Assembly: GCA_039822005.1 (NCBI GenBank)
Contig: JBCBMZ010000001.1
Coordinates: 353,939-417,938 of the forward strand
DNA length: 64,000 nt
Direction: 5' to 3'
From: Pseudomonadota bacterium
Lineage (GTDB): Bacteria > Pseudomonadota > Alphaproteobacteria > Rhizobiales > Rhizobiaceae
This document shows positions 39,590-48,599 of the stretch, piece by piece; the stretch's first letter is position 1, and the number at the start of each line of letters is the position of its first letter. The notes under the pieces were generated by a model. It saw only the letters and a program-made list of their open reading frames with translations, had not been told where the DNA came from and did no database searches. Both the position numbers and the translations under genes were made by a program.

Positions 39590-40720
39590 GTGCCGACGGA
39601 TGGTCGTTTTCGCGTCACCTACTTGATTGTTGCGGGTGACGAAAAAACAGCGCGAGAACGCGCCGACGCTGTTGCTTATGAGCAAACTGTCGAGGTGCCG
39701 GATGATGTCATTCCCGACGGCTACATCCGCGATGAAATCGTTGGCCAGATTGAGGCCGTTGAACCTTCGGTTGATGGACGCTGGCGCACGACCATTTCCT
39801 ACTCACCGGACAGTGTTGGTCTTGAGGTGATCCAACTGTTGAACGTCATGTTCGGCAACTCGTCTATCCAGCAGGGCGTTGCGGTTGACGGCTTTAAGCC
39901 GGGCCCGGTCATAAGCGCGCGTTTTGGCGGCGCGCGTTTTGGCGTGAAAGGCTTGCGCGAACTGACGGGCACCAAACGTGGCGGCTTGATTTCACCCGTC
40001 ATCAAACCGCAAGGCTCGTCCGTCGCGGCCTTAGCCGGCGTCGCCGGTCGATGCGTTGCGGGCGGTGCCGACATCATCAAGGATGACCACGGGTTAACCA
40101 ACCAGAAGATGGCCCCGTTTGCCGAGCGACTACAAATTGTCGGCGATGCTGTGCGCGAGGCCAATGCCAAAAATGGGCGCTCGGCGCTTTATTTCATAAA
40201 TATAAGCGGCTGGTCGGGCAATCCGGTGGAAGAAGCATTTCAAGCCAAGGAAGCCGGTGCGGGTGGCGTTCTCATCATGCCGGGACTGCTGGGCTATGCG
40301 CTCGCGCACCGGCTGTCATCCGACCCGGACTTTGGCCTGCCCATCATGACGCATCCGTCATTTACTGGTCCGTTCGTTTTGAACGCCGAAACCGGCATGA
40401 CTCACGCCATGCTGTACGGCACGGTTCAACGCTTGATGGGGGCTGACATTTCGGTGTTTCCCAATGTCGGTGGGCGCTTTGGTTTCTCCCGCGAGGAATG
40501 CCTCTCGATTGCCGGCGCCTGCCGTGATGCAGACGGGATCGGGCAACCCATGATGCCCTCGCCAGGCGGTGGCATGAGCGTGGATCGTGCGGCGGATATG
40601 GTGGAGATGTATGGCCAGGATGTCGTTTATCTGATCGGCGGCAGCCTTTTGCGCGCGGGCGACAAGATCGGCGACGCCGTCAAGGCGATGCGTGACGCGG
40701 TGGATGCGGCTCAAAGTTAG
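39590..40720 (+). CDS. RuBisCO-like protein (form IV RLP), short 376-aa variant
   Basis: RuBisCO large-subunit TIM-barrel signatures: VIKPQG (cf. KPKLG), GGADIIKDDH (cf. GG.DF.KDDE) and MTHPSF (cf. the His-rich strand). The GTG start immediately follows the transketolase stop codon. Confidence 0.8.
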   Translation: MPTDGRFRVTYLIVAGDEKTARERADAVAYEQTVEVPDDVIPDGYIRDEIVGQIEAVEPSVDGRWRTTISYSPDSVGLEVIQLLNVMFGNSSIQQGVAVDGFKPGPVISARFGGARFGVKGLRELTGTKRGGLISPVIKPQGSSVAALAGVAGRCVAGGADIIKDDHGLTNQKMAPFAERLQIVGDAVREANAKNGRSALYFINISGWSGNPVEEAFQAKEAGAGGVLIMPGLLGYALAHRLSSDPDFGLPIMTHPSFTGPFVLNAETGMTHAMLYGTVQRLMGADISVFPNVGGRFGFSREECLSIAGACRDADGIGQPMMPSPGGGMSVDRAADMVEMYGQDVVYLIGGSLLRAGDKIGDAVKAMRDAVDAAQS

Positions 40721-40881
40721 GGGATTTTCTGCTTGCGTTTGTTGAAGCGAGGCTGGTCCACCCCGTTCACAGGTCTCGGAGCGAAGTGTGCATTGGTCGC
40801 AAATATCTCAATGTCGGCTAGCCATATCCAAAAGGTGACTGTCATCACTTAATCTTCGCAAAAGCCCATTAAACGCCCCAC

Positions 40882-41904
40882 ATGAGTATTCGCGTCACAT
40901 CTGTCACAAAATCGTTCGGCCTTTGCACGGCCGTGGATGACATCTCATTTGATATTCCGGACGGCGTCTTCTTTTGTGTTGTAGGTCCATCGGGATGCGG
41001 AAAGAGTACGCTCTTGCGTCTCATTGCCGGATTGGACACGCCCGACAGCGGAACTGTTTTGCTTGATGGAAAAACCGTTTTTGATGATCAGCAGAACATT
41101 CCGCCTGAAGACCGGCAGGTGGGTGTCGTCTTTCAGTCTTATGCTTTATGGCCGCATCTGAGCGTGCTTCGCAACGTTGCATTTCCTTATGAAGCAAAGG
41201 GGGTTGCTCGGTCGGTTGCCCAAAAGCAGGCGGCAATCCATCTGGACACGGTGTCTTTGACGGAGTTTGCGGACCGCAGGCCGGAAGCGCTATCGGGGGG
41301 TCAGCGGCAGCGCGTTGCGCTGGCCCGGTGTCTGGCCGGAGATGCCCGAACGATCCTGATGGATGAACCCTTGGCCAATCTCGATCCACATCTTCGGCAT
41401 TCCATGGAGGCCGAGCTGCGTGCCTTTCACGACCGATCCGGTGTCACGACGCTGTTCATCACACATGATCAGCGCGAGGCTATGGCGCTTGCCGATTTGA
41501 TGGCCGTGATGGATGGCGGGCGGATTTTGCAGATTGGCACGCCACAAGAGATCTATGATCGGCCGACAAACATCAGCGTCGCCCGCTTCATTGGACGCGG
41601 AACTTTGCTTGCCTCCAACGTTGTGAATGGAAGAGCAACACTATTTGGCCAGGACGTCCCGGTGCTTGGCCGTGGAAGCGGGGTGTGCAACGTATTTGTC
41701 AGGCCCAAACAAGTGGCGATCGATCAGAGCGGATGGCCGGCCAAGGTGACCTCCGTGGCTTATCGTGGCGGGCATTGGGAGGTAGCAGCGACGGGTAAGC
41801 ACGATGCGCAAGAGGCCACAGCCTTGGTCGATCTCGACAGCCCGGTTCGTCTCGGCGAAACACTTTTTCTGAGCGTTTCCAGCGGCTGGGTTGTTCCCGA
41901 TTAG
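40882..41904 (+). CDS. ABC transporter ATPase (FbpC/PotA-like)
   Basis: Walker [10 protein letters not shown], signature [13 protein letters not shown], and a C-terminal TOBE-like tail. Confidence 0.88.
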   Translation: MSIRVTSVTKSFGLCTAVDDISFDIPDGVFFCVVGPSGCGKSTLLRLIAGLDTPDSGTVLLDGKTVFDDQQNIPPEDRQVGVVFQSYALWPHLSVLRNVAFPYEAKGVARSVAQKQAAIHLDTVSLTEFADRRPEALSGGQRQRVALARCLAGDARTILMDEPLANLDPHLRHSMEAELRAFHDRSGVTTLFITHDQREAMALADLMAVMDGGRILQIGTPQEIYDRPTNISVARFIGRGTLLASNVVNGRATLFGQDVPVLGRGSGVCNVFVRPKQVAIDQSGWPAKVTSVAYRGGHWEVAATGKHDAQEATALVDLDSPVRLGETLFLSVSSGWVVPD

Positions 41905-43601
41905 ATGCGCCAAGGCACCACGCCCGGTGGTGCGTGACGTCCCAAGCGGTCCAGTACCATCATCAGAACCACTGTCGCTACAACCGTCACCGCCGCCATG
42001 GCGGAGGCCAGCGTCGTGTAGCCCCCATCTTCATAGTTGAAGATCGTCGTCCCAATCGTTTCTGTCCCACTTGACCAAAGAAGCGCCGAGACCGTGACCT
42101 CATTGTACGCGGTCAGGAAGACCAGAATTGCCCCGGACATCGCGGCCGGCAGAACCAGCGGGAAAGTGATCCGCAACTGGCGCCGGAAAAAACCGGCGCC
42201 GGCCACGCGCGCGGCCTCGTTAAGGGCGGGATCAAGTTGCAGCGTCGCGGCCGCAACAGGCTTCAGGGCAATCGAAAAGAACGCGCACAGATAAGCCAGC
42301 AGGATGATCCAAAGCGTGTTGTATATCGAGAAACCGAGTATGGGGAGCGGCTTGATGAACGCCAGAATAAAGGCCACCGATATCACCAATCCGGGAATAG
42401 CGTAGGATATCTCGGAGAGCGCCGTTACTCCCGTTCCTATGCGCCGCATACCTGTCTTTTGCGAGGCGGTGTAGTGTGCCGTGACAATAGCCAACAAAGC
42501 CAAGACCAAGGCGGCAGCCGTCGCGATCAATGTTGAATTGAAAAAGGCGCGCAGCGTGACTGATTGGCGAAAAAGGACCTCGGCAAAATTGGCCATCGTT
42601 GCGGTCTCACTTGTAAGCCGCACCCCATAGGTGGGCACTAGAGCCGTGGCAAAGAGCGCCGTGACCGGCAGGATCAGTGTCGCGACGATGGCAAGCGCCA
42701 GTGCGACCTCCACACCCAGGCGTGCCCGCCCCAGACGGATGTCGAGCGCGGGCTGTGGCGGACCAATCAGTGCATTGCGACGGCTTGAAGACAGCCACAG
42801 CTGCAAGATCACCGCGATCGCTGCTATGACCGCGACAAGCGATGCAATAGCGGCCATGTCAGTTAGGACGGAAGGGCCAAAGCTGGCTAGGCGCCGCCAG
42901 ATCAATACCGGCAATGTCGTATAGCGTGCGGGGATCCCGAGAAGGGCAGGGATTCCAAAATTACCAAGAGCTGAAACGAAGGCCAACGCGTATCCGGCGA
43001 TCAATGTGGGAGCAAGTAGCGGCAAGACAACGCGCCGGACCATTCTCCAGGGGGCGGCGCCGGAGACGCGGGCAGCATCAGACATCTCTCTGGGCAGGCT
43101 TCGCAACGCAGCAAGGACTAGGAGGAACACCAAGGGCGCATGTTGGATGCCCAATAGCAGGATCACGCCCTCGCGCGAATAAAGCGGATGGGTTGACCCG
43201 ATCTCTGGCGCCAGACCAACAGCCTGAAGAAGCGGTGAGGAAGGCCCCAAGGCCTGTATCCATGCAATGGCCGTCACATGGGGCGGTACCATCATCGGGA
43301 TCAACAGGAGGAACGCAAACGCGCCTTTGCCCCGAACATCTGTCAAGCCAAGAACCAGAGCCGCCATGGTTCCGGCCAGCAAGGCGAGCAGAGCCGACAA
43401 GCCAGCGCTTTCCAAAGAGTTCCACAATGCGCGTGGCACGGATCGGCTGTCCAGCGCGTCAACAATGGACCCCAGCCCATCGCCAAGCGCGATTTGGACC
43501 AATCGTCCGAGCGGCAGGGCAAACAGAACCAGACAAACCAAAATGAGGACGGCGAGGGTGATGCCCTCGCCGCGCTCAGTGTTTTTCAGCAACCTGCGCA
43601 T
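41901..43601 (-). CDS. ABC transporter permease, duplicated 12-TM type (FbpB-like)
   Basis: 566-aa polytopic protein with two permease repeats. It converges on the ATPase gene, with a 4-nt overlap. Confidence 0.85.
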   Translation of the reverse strand: MRRLLKNTERGEGITLAVLILVCLVLFALPLGRLVQIALGDGLGSIVDALDSRSVPRALWNSLESAGLSALLALLAGTMAALVLGLTDVRGKGAFAFLLLIPMMVPPHVTAIAWIQALGPSSPLLQAVGLAPEIGSTHPLYSREGVILLLGIQHAPLVFLLVLAALRSLPREMSDAARVSGAAPWRMVRRVVLPLLAPTLIAGYALAFVSALGNFGIPALLGIPARYTTLPVLIWRRLASFGPSVLTDMAAIASLVAVIAAIAVILQLWLSSSRRNALIGPPQPALDIRLGRARLGVEVALALAIVATLILPVTALFATALVPTYGVRLTSETATMANFAEVLFRQSVTLRAFFNSTLIATAAALVLALLAIVTAHYTASQKTGMRRIGTGVTALSEISYAIPGLVISVAFILAFIKPLPILGFSIYNTLWIILLAYLCAFFSIALKPVAAATLQLDPALNEAARVAGAGFFRRQLRITFPLVLPAAMSGAILVFLTAYNEVTVSALLWSSGTETIGTTIFNYEDGGYTTLASAMAAVTVVATVVLMMVLDRLGRHAPPGVVPWRI

Positions 43602-44578
43602 TAGCCGCCGAATATATCGACAAAGCGTTCCTTGTTGGCTTGGTCGTCGGCCAGTGCTTTGGCGGGATCAAAGTCCAGAAGCTTGATGTCGTTCAGCGCT
43701 GGGAAGCCCTCAGGGGGAGTGATCGCGGGATGCGCGGGCAGATAGCCCATATCGGAGGCCAGTTGCTGCCCCTCAGCTGAGATCAGGAAGTCGACAAAAG
43801 CTTTCGCGGCGTCCGGGTTCTGCGCGGTGGACAGGATTGCTACCGGCTCGGTGACCGCCGATACACCCTCTTCAGGGAAGACGAATTCCACCGGCGCGCC
43901 ATCCAGCTTGTTGCGGATCGGCAGGAAGTCGACGACGAAGCCGTAGAGCTTCTCGCCCCCGGCGATCGCCTTGTAGGTGCCGCCATTGCCGCCTTGCGGG
44001 TTGGCGCCCTGATCGGCAAGACCTTCATAGAAGTCCCAGCCAAGGTCCGGATGAGACGTGATCGCTGCCATGTGTATGGTCGCTGCACCTGATGTCAGAG
44101 GCGATGGCATCGCCAGCTTGTCTTTGGCATCCGCTGACAAAAGGTCCTTGTAGGAGGTTGGAACCATCGGCGCATTCGTGTTGTAGACGATCCCCGTTGT
44201 GATGAGCTTGGTGGAGAAATAGTGGCCTTCTGCGTCCATCAGCGCTGGATCATAGGCCGACACATCCGCCTCTGGATAGGCCATCAACCGGCCTTCTGCC
44301 TCCAGACCTTCCATTGTCACCATATCAGCGATCAACAAAACGTCGGGCTGCGGGGCGCCAGCCTCGAATTCCGCACGCAGCTTTGCCATCACCTTGGTGG
44401 TGCCATCGCGGATCCACTCCACTTCGACGTTGGGGTATTTGGCTTGGAACGCGTCAACGGTTTGTTGCGCATCAGCGTTGGGCTGCGAAGTATAAAGCAC
44501 CAGCTTGCCGGATACATCGGCAAACGCTGCGGTTGAAAGCATTAGTGTGGAAACGACACCGGTAATAATCTTGAGCAT
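43601..44578 (-). CDS. Periplasmic substrate-binding protein (family 1, Fe3+/thiamine/2-AEP-like)
   Basis: Signal peptide ending in AAFA and an FbpA/FutA-like length and sequence pattern (LVLYTSQP...). Confidence 0.8.
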   Translation of the reverse strand: MLKIITGVVSTLMLSTAAFADVSGKLVLYTSQPNADAQQTVDAFQAKYPNVEVEWIRDGTTKVMAKLRAEFEAGAPQPDVLLIADMVTMEGLEAEGRLMAYPEADVSAYDPALMDAEGHYFSTKLITTGIVYNTNAPMVPTSYKDLLSADAKDKLAMPSPLTSGAATIHMAAITSHPDLGWDFYEGLADQGANPQGGNGGTYKAIAGGEKLYGFVVDFLPIRNKLDGAPVEFVFPEEGVSAVTEPVAILSTAQNPDAAKAFVDFLISAEGQQLASDMGYLPAHPAITPPEGFPALNDIKLLDFDPAKALADDQANKERFVDIFGG

Positions 44579-45331
44579 TTTAGTCTCCTTTGGGGTTCGA
44601 GGCGCTCGGTACCGACCCGGAACAACAGCTTCATGACATTGGCGAGAATTTGGATCGGTTACCGCCGAAGGGCTGTGGCCCTTGATACCAGATCACCTGA
44701 CCATGTAATTTCTTTGGTCAAAATCGCAGCCGAGGAGTGAACTGGATGGCAGGCCAGAAGGCCCAATCCAAAGACCGTTTCGGGGTTTTTTTAGCTGCTT
44801 GGGTGCGCCGGATATTTGCCGGCTGTGAGTTTTGCTGCATCTGAGAAGATCGGGAGTCCAAGGTCGAGATAGTCCGCAAAGCAACCGCCGATGGGTCAAA
44901 TGTAAGACATAGTATCGTCTGTCCGATTGGTGGCAGCTTTGTGCGCGCATAGACCACTCTTTTTTTGCCTTTCACTGATAGAGAAGCGAAAAAGGGTGGT
45001 CAGGCGCTTTGTGGATTGAGCGCGCATTTGATGCTGCTTGTTTCCGGCTCTGCACACTTGCCCTAATAGAGGCAATCATAGCGCAAATTATTGGCATCGT
45101 TTACGTGCCGCATTGCTTTCGCCGCGAGCTTGACGATGCCACCATGAATACCGTCGCGGCGCTCTGTTGCCGCAAGCCCTCGGTGTTCATCCCGCGCGAA
45201 GCGCGGAAACAAAGCCGCTGTTCAGTTTTGATCACTTGCCAAGACAAGGTGGTTTTTAACATGTTTTGCGCAGGGTAGACTTGATCGATGTCAACTTTGG
45301 TTGACGCTATTGATCCGCACTCCAAGCGGCC

Positions 45332-46564
45332 TCACCGGACTGCATTCACCAACCGCTTACTTGGAAAACAAGTCGGGCTCAGGCCATTCTTTTTTTGCCA
45401 ATCACCGATGGAGCGGCGGGTTTTGAAACCGGGTAGCCCATCCGCACCGCCCACATCATAACCCTGCCTTTCGAGCACACGCTGCATGGCTGCGATTTCC
45501 GAGCGGTAAAGCGTATCGACACTACCCCACCCCGCTTGGAACTTGCCGGAGCCGTAGGCGATCCGGTCACCGGCATGGCCGACGAACAAGGCATACAAAT
45601 CGCTCTCATTGTATTTCTTGATCACGTAAAAATTCGGCGTCACCACGAACGCAGGACCGCTGCGGCCGGCGGGCATAAGCAAATAACCTTCGCGCTCGCG
45701 TTCGGCGGCCGGGAACGGACGACCGCTGACACGTTTGACGCCCAACGCTTCCCAGTCCTTGACTTTAAAGCCTTGATCTGGCCCTTCAAACGCGCAGGAA
45801 ATTTCAGCCGGCACTGTCACCTCAAAGCCCCAATCGCGCCCTTTCTGCCAGCCGAATTTGTTGAGATAGGCCGCAATGGACGCCAAGGTGTCGGGCACAG
45901 AGGTCCAAATGTTGGGCTTGCGGTCCCCATCAAAATCAACGGCATACTGCAGATAGGATGATGGCAGAAACTGCGGCTGTCCGAGTGCTCCAGCCCAAGA
46001 GGATTTCATTTGCGCGGGCGTTGCCAGACCGCGCTCAATCATCACCAATGCGGCCACCAGTTCCTTTTGGAACAATTCCGGGCGGGTCGACATATAGGCC
46101 TTAGTGCCCAGCACCTCGATGGCATCATGGGGAATACGTACTCGGCCGAAACCGCTTTCGCGGCCCCAGATGGCGATGATAATGTGCGCAGGCACACCAT
46201 ATTTGCGCTCAATGTCCCTCAAGGTACGGGCATGTTCACGCGCAAGCGCACGACCCGACGAGGCGATGGAAGCAACATTGTTTTCGTTGAAATAACGCGC
46301 GGGCGCAGAGAATTCCGCCTGACGGATACGTTTGGGCGTTCCGGAAGAACCCGGCTCAACAAGCCCCGGAATATCGCGGTTCAGCGTTGCACCGGCGAGT
46401 GTTCGGTCAAAGGTTGAACGCGATACGCCTTGCTGGCGCGCCATCGGCCAGATGGTTCTTTCAAGGAAGGCACGATAATTAGCATTGGTGGCCGCCGAAT
46501 GGGCAGGCGCAAAACTGAAAAGCAGCAACAACAGCGTAGCAATTGTGCGGAACATCATGGTCAA
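45332..46564 (-). CDS. mltB: Lytic murein transglycosylase (MltB family) with a C-terminal PG-binding domain
   Basis: Signal peptide, SLT_2-like core, and a C-terminal PG_binding_1-like segment (LERQGYDVGGADGLPGFKTRRSIGDWQKKNGL). Confidence 0.85.
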   Translation of the reverse strand: MTMMFRTIATLLLLLFSFAPAHSAATNANYRAFLERTIWPMARQQGVSRSTFDRTLAGATLNRDIPGLVEPGSSGTPKRIRQAEFSAPARYFNENNVASIASSGRALAREHARTLRDIERKYGVPAHIIIAIWGRESGFGRVRIPHDAIEVLGTKAYMSTRPELFQKELVAALVMIERGLATPAQMKSSWAGALGQPQFLPSSYLQYAVDFDGDRKPNIWTSVPDTLASIAAYLNKFGWQKGRDWGFEVTVPAEISCAFEGPDQGFKVKDWEALGVKRVSGRPFPAAEREREGYLLMPAGRSGPAFVVTPNFYVIKKYNESDLYALFVGHAGDRIAYGSGKFQAGWGSVDTLYRSEIAAMQRVLERQGYDVGGADGLPGFKTRRSIGDWQKKNGLSPTCFPSKRLVNAVR

Positions 46565-46616
46565 TTAGCCTCTGGTTAGGCACGAGATTATCGTTTGATG
46601 TGGCGCAATCAAGACA

Positions 46617-47225
46617 TCAAAAATCCGTCCGCGAACGAAGCGCTGCCGACAATGTGCCATCATCGAGATAGTCCAACTCGCCGCCGACCGGTACACCATG
46701 GGCAAGGCGCGTGACTTTCACGCCCAGACCTTCCAATTGGCCGGTGATGTAGTGCGCGGTGGACTGGCCGTCCACGGTGGCGTTGACCGCAAGGATCAAC
46801 TCTTTGGCCTCACCACTTGCCACGCGGCTGACTAGTGAGGCGATATTGAGATCATCGGGGCCAACACCGTCCAGAGGCGATAGCGTTCCGCCCAGCACAT
46901 GATATTTCGCGCCCATATCTGCTGCGCGCTCCAGCGCCCAAAGGTCTGACACATCTTCCACGACGATGATGGTTGAACCATCGCGACGCGGATCAGTACA
47001 CATCGAGCAGGGGTCGCTTGTGTCAATGTTTCCGCAAATCGAGCAAACCTTCACATGGCGTGATGCATCCTCCAGTGCCGAAGCCAGCGGATCGAGCAGT
47101 TGCTCTTTCTTCTTGATCATGTGGAGCGCTGCACGACGCGCCGAGCGCGGACCCAAGCCCGGCACTTTGGCTAGCAGCTGGATCAACCGCTCAATTTCGG
47201 GTCCTGCGATTCGCTTGGTTGTCAT
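46617..47225 (-). CDS. recR: Recombination protein RecR
   Basis: HhH N-terminus, zinc finger CSICGN...CSMC, and a Toprim domain. Confidence 0.95.
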   Translation of the reverse strand: MTTKRIAGPEIERLIQLLAKVPGLGPRSARRAALHMIKKKEQLLDPLASALEDASRHVKVCSICGNIDTSDPCSMCTDPRRDGSTIIVVEDVSDLWALERAADMGAKYHVLGGTLSPLDGVGPDDLNIASLVSRVASGEAKELILAVNATVDGQSTAHYITGQLEGLGVKVTRLAHGVPVGGELDYLDDGTLSAALRSRTDF

Positions 47226-47319
47226 GCGCCATCATTAAATGAGGTCGTGAACGAATGGAATCCGCTGCTCGAACAAGTTTCGGGTGGAGGCAGCCCTGCA
47301 ACGACGATAGACGGCTGAT

Positions 47320-48261
47320 ATGAGCCCACAACCCACCATCAACGTCACGATGACCACAGCGCAATGGCTGGTGCTGGTGGGGCTTGCGATCATCTGGGGC
47401 GGATCATTTTTCTTCGTCGAAGTGATCATTAAGGAGTTGCCGCCATTCACAACGGTCTTTTTCCGCGTGCTCTTGGCCGCCATTGCTCTGCACATATTCT
47501 TGCTCGCGACCGGCAAATCATTTCCGTGGCGGGACAAAACCCGGCACGTCTTCCTCTTTATGGGGCTGTTCAACAACGCGATCCCGTTTTCCTTGCTGGT
47601 TTACGGACAAACGGAACTGGCCTCAGGTGTGGCGGCCATTTTAAATGCGACCACGCCCATGTTCACCGTCGCCATATCGCATTTTGCCAGCGATGATGAT
47701 CGTCTGACCCCATTGCGCGTTGCTGGCATTTGTGCGGCGATCATTGGTGTCTCGGTGATGATCGGCAACGCCGGGCTTCAAGGCTCATCACAAACCGCGT
47801 TTTTGGCTTATGTCGCCTGCATTGGCGCGCCGGTCTCCTACTCTGTTGCGGGTGTGTTTGGGAGACAATTACTGAAACGAAATCCCGTCGATCCACTCAT
47901 CGTTGCGACCGGACAATTGACCGCGGCATCGCTGTTCATGCTGCCCATGATGCTCTGGGTTGACCAGCCGTGGACACTGACGGCGCCAACGATGCCCGTC
48001 CTCGGCTCGATGATCGGACTTGCAGTTTTGTCCACTGCTCTGGCGTATATCGGCTATTTCAAATTGCTTGCGAGCGCCGGTGCCACCAATCTATCACTGG
48101 TCACAATTCTTGTTCCAGTGAGCGCTATCCTGCTTGGGGTCACGTTCTTGGGAGAACAGCTTTTGCCCCGTCACATCATTGGGTTTGCGTTGATCGCTCT
48201 TGGGCTTGCGCTGGTTGACGGGCGCATGTTTTGGCGCTTGCGCGGCGCAAACCCGGTTTAG
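47320..48261 (+). CDS. EamA/DMT-family transporter
   Basis: 10-TM profile with two EamA repeats. Confidence 0.8.
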   Translation: MSPQPTINVTMTTAQWLVLVGLAIIWGGSFFFVEVIIKELPPFTTVFFRVLLAAIALHIFLLATGKSFPWRDKTRHVFLFMGLFNNAIPFSLLVYGQTELASGVAAILNATTPMFTVAISHFASDDDRLTPLRVAGICAAIIGVSVMIGNAGLQGSSQTAFLAYVACIGAPVSYSVAGVFGRQLLKRNPVDPLIVATGQLTAASLFMLPMMLWVDQPWTLTAPTMPVLGSMIGLAVLSTALAYIGYFKLLASAGATNLSLVTILVPVSAILLGVTFLGEQLLPRHIIGFALIALGLALVDGRMFWRLRGANPV

Positions 48262-48590
48262 AACGGAAGTTTCATGCCCGGTGGCAGCGGCAGGCCCGCT
48301 GTCATTTCAGCGGTTTTTTCCTGCATGATCGTCTCGATCTTGGATTTGGCATCGCCATGAGCGGCTAAAACCAGGTCCTCCAAAATCTCGACATCATCTT
48401 CCTGAAAAACCGACGCATCGATCTTGATACCTTGCATCGCGCCTTTGCCGTTCAACGTGACGGTGACCATCCCGCCACCGGCTGTTCCATCCGCCGTAAC
48501 CGTTTCCATCTCGGCTTGCATGTCAGCCATCTTTTGCTGCATTTCCTTGGCCTTGGACATTAGGCCCATCAGGTCTTTCATCGCGGTCAC
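48258..48590 (-). CDS. ybaB: Nucleoid-associated protein YbaB/EbfC
   Basis: 110 aa with the conserved dnaX-ybaB-recR context. Confidence 0.9.
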   Translation of the reverse strand: MTAMKDLMGLMSKAKEMQQKMADMQAEMETVTADGTAGGGMVTVTLNGKGAMQGIKIDASVFQEDDVEILEDLVLAAHGDAKSKIETIMQEKTAEMTAGLPLPPGMKLPF

Positions 48591-48599
48591 TCCATCAGT

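Noticed and set aside
40830-40850. GTGACTGTCATCAC upstream of the ABC ATPase gene as a further copy of the TTGAC-N4-GTCA operator.
   Set aside because: It shares only the TGTCA pentamer, and the arm sequence and spacing differ. It is not counted as a site.
44579-44960. TPP or cobalamin riboswitch in the leader of the ABC binding-protein gene (GGGTGC...CTGAGA on the plus strand; GGTGATCTGGTA on the minus strand).
   Set aside because: The fragments are on different strands and in the wrong order and spacing. No complete THI-box or B12-box could be assembled by eye. A covariance-model scan is needed before any riboswitch call.
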